Source: Hypanus sabinus (lineage: Eukaryota). Taken from it: a stretch of 64,000 nucleotides of DNA. The notes below the pieces were generated by a model. That model saw only the letters and a program-made list of their open reading frames with translations. It was not told the DNA's origin and searched no databases. The stretch covers positions 169,260,001 to 169,324,000 of the forward strand of contig NC_082712.1 in the NCBI RefSeq assembly GCF_030144855.1, read 5' to 3'. Of the stretch, positions 1 to 10,724 are shown one piece after another. The number at the start of each line of letters is the position of its first letter. The stretch's first letter is position 1. Made by a program: the position numbers and the translations under genes.

Positions 1-584
1 CCTTCATATTCTGGCCTCTTCCTCACTCCTTTCCAGTTCTGATCAAGGGCCTTGGCCCAAAGCATCAGTTGTTTATTCCTCTCTATAGATGCTGCCTGAC
101 CTGCTGAGATCCCCCAGCATTCTATGTGTGTTACTCTGTATGTCCAGCATGTGCAGAATCTTTTTGGTTAATATAAACCTACTGGACCTCTGTTAGTGCA
201 GGATACCTTCATTACTTCATCACAGGAAATCAGTGTTGGCCACGCATCCATTCACAGTTGCAGACACCCAGAATGACAAAGTGTGTCAGAGGGTTCTACA
301 GGACAAAAGAAATACTATTTGTCCCACCTCTTCTGTGCTGGTCATTGGTCCTGTCTCTAATAATCCCATTTATGTCTGTAATATTCTACGACTTGCCTCT
401 GTACTTCTGAAATATTGTAGAGTGATCTGCATCCTGCACCTCCTCAAGCATCACATTCCAGACTCCAATTTCTTTTTGTATGGAAAAAAAACATTCCCCT
501 TAAGGTTCCCACCAAACCTTCCACTCATCATCTTAACCCTAGGTCCTCTTGGTTTTGACACCCTCAAAATTAGAAAAACCTACT

Positions 585-960
585 CTATCTCATCATCTTT
601 GTTATGTACCGTGTTGTACAATGTGGGTGATCATGACCCCATTGCCATGATTGTCCTTGGCAAATATTTCTACAGAAGTAGTTTGTCATTGCCTTCTTCT
701 GGGCAGTGTCTTTACAAGACGGGTGACCCCAGCCATTATCAATACTCTTCAGAGATTGCCTGGTGTCAGTTGTCGCATAACCAGGTGATATGCACCGGCT
801 GCCCATACGTCCATCCACCACCTGATCCCATGGCTTCACATGACACTGATTGAGGGGGATAAGCAGGTACTGCACTTTGTCCAAAGGTGACCTGCAGGCT
901 AGCGGAGGGAAGGAGCGCCTTATGCCTCCTTTGGTAGGGAGGTATCTCCATCCCACCACC
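585..960 (-). mobile_element. RTE-related SINE-like element inserted in a CR1 fragment; a second copy starts at about 63971
   Basis: The 3' part gaaggcaatgacaaactacttctgtag...ttgccaag resembles RTE/Bov-A-type tails. The 5' ggtggtgggatggagat.cct is shared with 63975-64000. Confidence 0.55.
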
Positions 961-1529
961 CATCTACTCCATCTATCCCCTCATAGTTTTGAATAATGCC
1001 ATCAGGTCACCTTTAGCCTACTCTAAGCAAATCCAGTCTATTCAGTCCCTGCTTCTAACTCAAATGCTCCAATCCAAGCCACATCCTGCTGAAAATCTTC
1101 TGCAACCTCTCCAAATTATTCCTACAGCAAGGCGACCGCCGTGAGATCAGTAATTAAATTATGTAACCACAAGCAGAAACACACTGAAATCAGCAAGTTA
1201 CGCACAACATGCTGCACAAGTTTCAGGTTACTAGTTTCACAAGTCCGCTATGCTTTGTTTTTACAACAAGGAATTAATCACAAAGATCTTATTGCAAGAA
1301 GTAATAGATAATAAATGCTTTTTCTTCCTATTCAATGTTGAAAGATGTAAAGAGCACAGAAAAGATTTACAAGACTGTTGTCAGGACTTGAGGGACTGAG
1401 TTATAGTGAGAAGTTGGGGAGGCTGGGGATTTATTCATTGAAGTATTGGAGAATAAGTGTTTTCTTATAGAAGGTCTTTGAGAGCTGGTTACTGACTACT
1501 GGAGGTGCATTAGCTAATTCTAATTAGGG

Positions 1530-3590
1530 GATTGGAGGTGGAGAGGGTCAGTAACTTTAAATACCATAGTATTAACAATTTGGAGGATCGGTGCAGGGTC
1601 CAGCACATAGGTACTGATATAACCAAGGCACAGCAGCAACTCTACTTTCTTAGAAGTTTACGCAGATTCGTCATGATATCTAAAACTTTGACAAACTTCC
1701 ATAGTTACCCAGTGGAGAATGATTGGACTGGTTCCATCATGGCCTGGCATGGAAACACCAATATCCAGGAAGGGAAAAGCCTACACAAGGCAGTGAATAC
1801 AGCTCAGTCCGTCTTAGGAAAAGCCCTCCCCTCCATTGAGCACATCTACAGAGAGCTCTGACTCAAGAAAGCAACGTCCACTATCCAGGTCACACTCTCT
1901 TCTCACTGCTCCCATCGGGAAGGTGGTACAGGAGCCTTAGGTTCAGAAACGGTAATCACCCTTCAAACATCAAGCTCATGAACCAGTGTAGATAATTGCA
2001 CTCACTGCAATTCTGTACTGATTTTACAACCTATGGACTCACTTTCAAGGACTCTACAAGCCAGTATTATTTACTTATTTATTTGCTTGCTTATTTATCT
2101 ATTATTTGCTCATTTTTATCAGAAGTTTGTCTTTTTAGCACATTGTCAGCCTATGTGTGTAGTTTTTCACTGATTCTATTGTATTTCATTGTTCACTCTG
2201 AATAGCTGCAAGAAAATGAATGTCAGGCTAACATATGCCCTATATACATAGTTTGATAAAAAAATTTACTTTGAACTGTGATGAGTGAAAAGTCAAAAAG
2301 GACACAGATAGGATGAATCTCATGTGGTGACGGGAGGGTGTACAAGAGTTGGATATGCCAACTAGTGGAGTGGTGCCACAGCAACAACCTGGCATTCAAC
2401 GTCAGTGAGACAAAAGAGCTGACTGTGGACTACAGGAAGGGTAAGATGAAGGCTGGCTCTGTTGTGGGCACAGAACTGGAGAGTATGACATCGGTGGCAG
2501 AGCAGAGGGCGCTGAGTAGGCTACGGTCAATTATGGAAAACCCTGAACATCCTCTGCACAGCACCATCCAGAGTCAGAGAAGCAGCTTCAGCGGCAGGTT
2601 GCTGTCAATGCAATGCTCCTCAGACAAGATGAAGAGATCATTACTCCCCAACGCCATTCAGCTCTACAATTCAACCACCAGGGGCAAGACATGTTAAAGT
2701 GCTGGGGTTAGGACTGAGCTTAAGTTACCACTCAATGCACTTTAGTAGACTATTTAAGAACTTTTTAAAAGCTATTTATTAATGCTTTTTGGGAGGGTGA
2801 TTTTAGATGCATATCATATTTATGCAGAGTTAAATACTGTATGTAATTAGTTTTGCTACAATAAGTGTATGGGACACTGGAAAAATGTTGAATTTCCCCT
2901 TGGGGATGAATAAAGTATCTACCTATCTATCTATCAATCCTCATAGAGGGATCAGAAGTGGAGAGAGAGAGCAGTTTCAAGTTCCTGGGTGTCAAGATCT
3001 CTGAGGATCTAAGGTGGTCCCAACATATTGATGTAGTTATAAAGAAGGCAAGACAGTGGCTATACTTAATTAGGAGTTTGAAGAAATTTGGTATGTCAAC
3101 TAATACACTGGAAAAACCTCTATAGATGTACCGTGAAGGCATTCTGACAGGTTGCATCACTATCTGCTATGGGGGAGGGGGCTACTGCACAGACCTAAAA
3201 GAAGCTGCACAGGGCTGTAAATTTAGTCAGCTCCATCTTGGGTACAATCCTACAAAGTACCTAGGACATCTTCAGGGAGCAGTGTCCCAGAAAGGCAGTA
3301 TCCATTATTAAGGACATCCAGCACCCAGGGCATTCCATTTTCTCACTGTTACCATCAGGTAGGACGTACAGAAGCCTGAAGGCACACATTCAGTGATTCA
3401 GGAACAGCTTCTTCTCTTCTGCCATCCGATTCCTAAATGGACATTGAAGCCTTGGACACTACCTCATTTTTTTAATATACAGTATTTCTGTTTTTTGCAA
3501 GTTGTTAAATCTATTCAATATACATATACAGCACTGTAATTGATTTACTTATTTATTTATCATTATTTTTCTTCTATATTATGTTTGCTT
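1530..3590 (+). mobile_element. Nested Rex1/Babar LINE 3' fragments
   Basis: KAQQQLYFLRSLRRF, WC..NNLAFNVSETKEL.VDYRK, and HPLH motifs. An inner copy with a (tatc)n tail lies at about 2450-2935. Confidence 0.8.
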
Positions 3591-4770
3591 ACATCTTCAG
3601 AAACAGCTTTATTTCCATCTTTAATATCTCTGTTTTTCCCTTTCAGGGTTCTTTTGAAGACCCTGACCTGGAGTTACAAACTGCCTTCAGTTCTTTGCGG
3701 GAATGGGACCCGCTCTCAGGATTTCACAACTGGCCATTATCCAACATGTAAGGGCACGGCCTAAGAGCTCGGCTTGTTTGGAGGCCCAGGATCTCGGGGC
3801 TCTGGGGATGGGTGGATTGAAGGTCAGCGTCCCAACAGACCAGCATGTTGTGGGAGTTGGAAGATCTTTGGCTGTGTGACCAGAAACCTAAGATCTTTGG
3901 GCACAGAGCTCAGAAAAAGTGACGCAATGGACTTTTACCATCATAAACCAGTGAGATGTTTGTTATGTCTCCCCTCTCGCTGTGAAACGGAGACATCACT
4001 TTCTCCCTTATTAGGGGAGAGAGAGAGCCTATGGTGTGCCAAATACTGGGTGAACAATGTAGTCTTTGGAGTATAGCAAGTCTGTGTCTTCTTTCTTTTG
4101 CCAGTGGGGGGAGGAAGGATCACTGCTTGCTGCCGCTTACACATGGGAGGGAAGGGAGCTGTGGGGGGACTTTGAGGATCTAACATTTAACTGTCATTCA
4201 TTCTTTTGGGGGCACTCTTTTTTGTGGATGGTTGAAAAGAAAAAGTATTTCAGGATGTATATTGTATACATTTCTCTGACATTAAATGTACCTTTGAAAC
4301 CTTCGATTCTGAATGAATGCACTCTTTTCCTGGGGTTGTGAAATCAAGAATGAAAGGTTATATGTTTAAGGTGGAAAGACCTAGCAGGAACCTAAGAAGC
4401 AAAGGGTTTCACCCAGACAGTGGTCAGTATATGGACTGAGCTGCCTGAGGAAGTGTCTGAGGCAGGGACATGAAAGGCACATGCTTATGAAAAGTTCATA
4501 AGGTGATGTGTCGATGAGATCAGATGAGACCATTTTAGAAGGGCATCTAGACTGGCTTGAACATGTGGGGTCGAATGGCCTGTTTCTTTGCTGTATGACT
4601 CTATGTCTATGACTCTATACAGGGAAGTGAATGGAATTGCAGAACTTTGGTCTTAAAACTAAGGTACAAAATGCCGTGCAATAAGGGACCATGGATGATT
4701 CCCTCAAATATAAATCAAGATGTTCTGGTCCGGCAGTTTAAGTAATAATGAGAGAGGTATTCTCAGTTAC

Positions 4771-4886
4771 CTGATGCAATAGGAAATGCATTCATATTTC
4801 TTCTCTGCAGTCTTCAAGGCTGCAGCAATCATTTCAAACTGAAGCCTTCGCAAAACTGATGTTTTTACCCAGAGACCGCAGTTCCA
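4771..4886 (-). other. Candidate coding exon of an unidentified gene: WNCGLWVKTSVLRRLQFEMIAAALKTAEKKYECISYCI
   Basis: Strong acceptor ttttccatccatttcttctgcttcacag, donor gtaact. Only phase 0 is open, which is compatible with 6772-6846. Confidence 0.45.
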
Positions 4887-5479
4887 CTGTGAAGCAGAAG
4901 AAATGGATGGAAAACTCATTTAATTTCATCTTCCATCCCTCTATAACAGCTCCAAGCTACAACTCTCAGACAACCAGCCTTTGAATTAGAACCACATCTG
5001 ATGAAAGGGCAACTTGCAGGGCTAATTACATTTTACTCTCGCCACAGATGCACTCTTGTTGCTGATCATGCATTCTCTTTAAATTCAGTTTTCTAGCAGT
5101 TGCTATGTTTCCTTTTTCAATTCCAGCAATTATTTTTCTTGTTTCTTCTCTTAACTTGCCTTCCTTGCCTCATATCTCTCCCAGACAGATCAGCTGGGGT
5201 TAAGCAGTTTTTATTGTTACTTGTGTTATTCTGTCTCTCCTGCACTTGAGCCTTTCATAAAGAATATTTTTTTTCTCTCATCTCCCTTCCAGGCAACTTA
5301 AAATGTGTTGGATTTCCAGCTTTCGAAACTCTGCTAAACTAGGGGTGTTTGCTCTGAGGAGTTGGTGGCTGAGGGATAACCAGCTAGATATATATAAAAT
5401 TATGAGAGGCTTGGAGAGGGTAGACAGTCCTTTTGCCAGAGTGAAAACATCTTTGAAGATCTATCCTAGGTCCAATATA

Positions 5480-6429
5480 CAGTGGTGCAAGTAAGTTTGT
5501 GAACCCTGTAGAATTTTCTATATTTCCAACAAATACATGTAATATTAGATCAACTTTCTCAATAATAAATGAACAAGTATATTTTTGTGCTATTTATTTA
5601 ATTGAGTTCTCTTTATCTAGTTTTAGGACATATGTGAAGATCTGATCACATTTTAGGTGTAACACCCCGGTAAAGATTATACTGCTAATGTGCTAAGGTA
5701 TTTCAGGGAATGGTTTTCTGTAGAAGCACTGTGTTCTGCTCGTGGTGTTTGAGTTACTGTTAAAGATAAGGGATGCTGAGGAATGCTGTCGTCCAATCAG
5801 TGTGATGGGACTGGGAGGGTCTAGACAATGCTCAGGGAGAAGTTTTGTGACGGACACTGAAGTGGGCTGAGATCTATTTCAGCAGGAGATGGAGAGAGAA
5901 GAAACTGGAGAGAACTGGCCATAGGATTTGATCGGGTGGAAATGCGTGATCCAGTGGAGCCCAACAGAGGGAATTGGTGAATAGGAGCTGACGCCGTGAG
6001 TACATCAGACACAATGGCTTTTGGGAGGCTTGAGCTGCAACCTGTGCACATTAATTATAATGGGCACTTTTGTTTTTTTCTCTCTCCTTTAATAACTGTT
6101 TGGTTAAGTTAACATTCATAAATATACTTTCTTTATAATTGTATGCAGTATACAGTCTGTTCTTTCTTGCCGACGGGCGATTGCAAGGGAGCAGTAAGTT
6201 ACACAATATTCACACAGATCAGGGTTTGGGTGGCGAGACATTCCAACCTCACAGGTGTGGTGGAACCCAAGTCATATTGACCCTAGATATACAGAGTCCA
6301 AAAAAGGTGGTTTTCTCACCACTGAGTCCAGGAGCTAATGAGACGCCCAGAAAGAGGGGGTTTCATAGGTAATGTTTATGCAGAAATAGAGAAAATTCTA
6401 CAGAGTTCACAAACTTTCCAGCACAACTG
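5480..6429. mobile_element. Non-autonomous Tc1/mariner-type element interrupted by a solo LTR
   Basis: TA|CAGTGGTGCAAGTAAGTTTGTGAACCCTGTAGAATTTTCT ... AGAAAATTCTACAGAGTTCACAAACTTTCCAGCACAACTG|TA: inverted termini with TA duplication. Confidence 0.8.
5658..6365 (+). mobile_element. Solo LTR (708 bp, Gypsy-like, different family from 53866-61047)
   Basis: TGTAACACCCC...GGGGGTTTCA termini with a TAGG 4-bp duplication on both sides (5654-5657 and 6366-6369). Orientation is tentative. Confidence 0.75.
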
Positions 6430-6771
6430 TATTGATGCACTTACACAGAAAGCACGTTCCTATAGATAATGAATAAGTGGAAACCTCATCTCATGACATT
6501 CAGCCTTAACTTTTTTCTGCTCTTTGTTTCTTAACTCTTTTAATTCTCCAAGTCCTTCCAAAGTAAATACTTAATCTAGTTTATCCTTAAATTAACCCCA
6601 GCCACTTGGTAAGGAGAGTGGCAGAGGGGTGGGTTCCGATAGCTTTGAATTAACTCCAGCCACAACACATGCTAAAGAGAGTTACAGAAGGATGGGTTCT
6701 GACAGCCAGTCAATCTGCATAGTGTGCCAACCGAAAACCAGAGGAAATGAATTTCTTTCTCTGCACCATAC

Positions 6772-6846
6772 CAATTCATCAATGGCCATGATTTTATCAC
6801 TGGTATCCACCTTCTTCTGAAGGAATTCAAGCTGTTCCCATATAAT
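6772..6846 (-). other. Candidate coding exon of an unidentified gene: IIWEQLEFLQKKVDTSDKIMAIDEL
   Basis: tgttgtcacag|75 nt|gtatgg, open in phase 0 to 0, in non-repeat-looking sequence. Confidence 0.4.
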
Positions 6847-7298
6847 CTGTGACAACAGTTCAAATTTAAATCATTCTGGTAAATTTGAAACACTCTAAAA
6901 GCAATACAGAACTTTCCAAGATGCTGTACACGTACTGAATTGCACACTGAATGAAGGCAAACCAATCATCACTAATGGTAAATTTTCTCTTTAGTCTTAA
7001 GTTCCCTTAAGATAAAATGACAGTGTTTCATTAGCCTTTTGAATTATTCTCTGCATCCGTCTGCTAAACGTTATTGCTTTTTGTCATCAACACCTCTGTT
7101 TTCTGAGAGGCTGCAGAAAGCTAGACTGTGCACGTTAATAGTCATGACCAAGTACAGATTTGCAGCAGAGAGCATCTTAACATGTTGCATCACTGCTGAG
7201 TAGGGAAACGGCACTGTGGTGGATAGGAATGCTTTACAATGGGTTTCAAAACTGCCCAACGCATCACTGGCATAAGCCTATCCATCATCAACTACATG

Positions 7299-9132
7299 CA
7301 GTCCCTATAAAAAGTATTCACCCCCTTGGAAGTTCTCATGTTTTATTATTTTACAACAGTGAATCACAGTGTATTTAATTTGGCCTTTTTGACACTGATC
7401 AACAGAAAAAGATGCTTCCATGTCAAAGTGAGAATGGACTCTACAAAGGGACCTAACTTAATTACAAATATAAAACATGAAATAATCGATAGCATAAGTA
7501 TTCACCCCACTTAATATGAAACACCAAATCATCACTGGTGCAGCTAATTGGTTTTAAAAGTCACATTTTCCCAGGGCTGAAATAGTTGCCACAAGAGGAC
7601 ACAGGTTTAAGGTGCTGGGGAGTAGGTACAAAGGAGATGTCAGGGGTAAGTTTTTTACTCAGAGAGTGGTGAGCGCGTGATATGAGCTGCCGGCAAAGGT
7701 GGTGGAGGTGGATACGATAAAGTCTTTCTTTTAAGAGACTTTTGGATAGGTACATGGAGCTCAGAAAAATAGAGGGCTGTAGGTAAGCCTAGTAATTTCT
7801 AGGCTAGGGACATGTTTGGTACAACCTTACAGGCTGAATGGCCTGTATTGTGCTGTAGGTTTTCTATGTTTTATGTTTCTAATTAATTAAATGGAGATCG
7901 CCAGTGTACGTCAGGTAATAAAAAGGTCCAGCTGCTGGCGAGTCAATATCCTGGCAAAAACTACACGATGAAGACAAAAAAATACTCCAAGCAACTCTAT
8001 GAAAAGGTTGAAATGCACATCAGGAGATCGATCTAAGAAAATTTCCAAGAAACTGAATATCCCTTGGAGTACAATTAAATCAATCAAGTTATAGAAAGAA
8101 TATGGTACAGCTGTAAATCTGCTACAGCAGGCCGTCCTCAAAAACTGAGTGACCGTGCAGGAAGGAGACTAGTGAGGGAGGCCACAAAGACCTATGACAA
8201 CTCTGGAGGAGTTACAAGCTTCAGTGTTTGAGGTGGGAGAGGCTGTGCATACAACAACTGTTGCTCTGGCGCTTCACCAATTGCAGCTTTATGGAAGAGT
8301 GGTAAAGAGAAAGCCACTGTTGGAAAAACTCACATGAAATCTCGGCTAGAGTTTGCCAGAAGACATATGGGATACTCTGAAGTCAGCTAGAAGAAGGTTC
8401 TATGGTCTGATAAAACCAAAACTAAGCTTTTTGGCCATCAGACTACACACTGTTTGGTGTAAGCCAAACACCACTCATCATCAGAAACACACCATTCCTA
8501 CTGTTAAGGATGGTGAGGGGATGCTTCACTGCAGCAGGCCCTGGAAACCCATTTAAGGTAGAGGGTAAAATGAATGTAGCAAAATACAAGGAAATCCTGG
8601 AGGAAAACCTGATGCAGTCTGCAAGAGAACTGTGATTTGGAAGATCTGTTTAAAGACAACAAAGTTAATATCCTGGAGCGGCCAAGTCAAGAGTCCAAAA
8701 TCCAATTTACAACGTGTGGCTAGACTTGAAAAGGGCTGTTCACTCAAGACCTCCCATGCAATCTGACAGAGCTTGAGCAATTTTGTAAAGAAGAATGGGG
8801 GGAAAATTGCAGTGTCCAGATGTGCAAAGCTGATAGAGACCTATCCTCACAGACTAAAGGCCGTAATTGCTGCCAAAGTTGCATCTACTAAATACTAACT
8901 TGAAAGCGGTGAATACTTATGCAATCAATTATTTTGTGTTTTATATGTTTAATTAATTTAGATCACTTTGCAGAGATCTGCTTTCACCTTGACATGAGTC
9001 TTTTTCTATTGAACAGTGTCAAAAAAGCCAAATTAAATCCACTGTGACTCAATATTGTAAAACAACAAAACATGAAAACTTCCACGGGGGGGGGGGGGGG
9101 AGGTGGGAGGTGAATACTTTTTATAAGCACTG
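7299..9132 (+). mobile_element. Tc1-like DNA transposon, decayed transposase, long TIRs
   Basis: TIRs CAGT.CCTATAAAAAGTATTCACCCCC ... GGTGAATACTTTTTATAAGCACTG|TA. Transposase remnants at about 7968-8900 (MKTK.., VLWSD.TK-like). A CR1 3' fragment is inserted at about 7566-7880. Confidence 0.88.
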
Positions 9133-10724
9133 TATATACAGAAAGGTGCCCGAAAAAGGCCAGCAATATCATAAAGGATCCCACCCACCCTGCTCAGAGA
9201 GGAGGCTATGTAACACCCATGCCAGGACCACCAGACTCAAAACAGTTACATTCCCCAAGCAGTAAGGCTGATGATTGCCTTCATCCATCAACCAACCACC
9301 CCCACCACACACACACGTTCCCCAACCACCACAACTTCATCAGTTCCACCGCTGACTGTAACGAGTTTGTACGTTTGTTCCGTGACTGTGTGGGTTTCCT
9401 CCCACAGTCCAAAGACATACCAGCTGGTTAGTTAATTGGTCATTATAAGTTGTCCCATGATAACGTCTGATTAAATTGGGGGTTGCTCAAAGGGCTAGAA
9501 GGACTTATTCTCAATATATAAATAAAAAATATATTTCCTATCAGTCACTTATCATCAGACAGCCCTGCAACTAGTGTCACATTACATACACATATAATGT
9601 ATATAAACTATAGTAAGTATTTATATATATTGTGTATTTATTATAATGTGTTATTTATCTCACTGTGGGTTTTTTTTAGTGCTGCATCAGATCCAGAGTA
9701 TCAACTATTTTGTTCTCCTTTAACACTTGTGTTGAGGAAATGACATTAAACAATCTTGAATCAAAGGCATTCCTATTTTTGTTTCCACAATTCCCAACAT
9801 TTGGATTGAAGAGTTTGAAAGGATCTCAGAATTTGTTTATACCTTTCACCACACATCCAGAGCTTCACCCGTTCACTTAATCTATCAACAAATGTTCAAC
9901 AACTGTAATCATGACCTCTGCAAAAATGTCTTGTCTGTTCTTACAAATCAAGATAATTCCTTATCTAGGTCAAAACTACTAACATCTCTCTCTTAAGGAA
10001 ACTAAAATCCTTCTTCACTTGCTGAATCTGTGGACAAGGACGTATGTAGATCCTGTCTTAATTAAATTTTTCAAATATAACTGACTGCAGAAAAAATATG
10101 GGAGCTATGTTTTCATAAATTATTAGAGCAATGCAAAACAGCAAATAAAAATTACCCAGCTCATTTTCAAAAATACTTTCATTGGTACAATTCTGTTTCA
10201 CCAGAGGTTTGATCAACACTACCTGAGTCTCTACTTAATTAAATATTTAAGTTTGTTTATTTTTGAAGTTGAATTACCTATGAACATGTTCACATTTCCT
10301 GTTAACTAATAAGTTAAAAATATCACTATGTTTAAGATTCATTTGAAAGATGAGGTTTGAAGAGCAGACAGTACCACCCTATAAAGCAACCATTTCTCTG
10401 AAAGCTGTTCCGAGTAGAAACTAGACAGAGAATCACAGAGATAAAACAAAGAAATAGGCCAATGACAATAAACCTGTATTCACACAACTTTTACTTGTTT
10501 TATTCCCTCTGTAGCCCTACCAACTCTTTCAGACCCTCCCATTCATTGCACAGCCCACAGGTCTTTTTGATGTGGGAGGAAACCAAAGCATCCAGGAGAG
10601 TAGAATCAATGGGCCGAATGGCCCAATACTGCCCCTATGTCTAACATGCAGAATGTCTGGATTGAACCCAGATCACTGGAGCATGACCACTGTCACTGTG
10701 CTGCAAGTGGTTTTAAATTATAAG

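Noticed and set aside
233-853. 206-aa ORF
   Set aside because: It spans antisense CR1 and SINE-like pieces, starts at a non-ATG codon, and shows no recognisable domain.
9843-9918. Exon-like segment (ttttgcag...gtataa, minus strand)
   Set aside because: All three frames contain stop codons, and it cannot be joined in phase to the candidate exons downstream.
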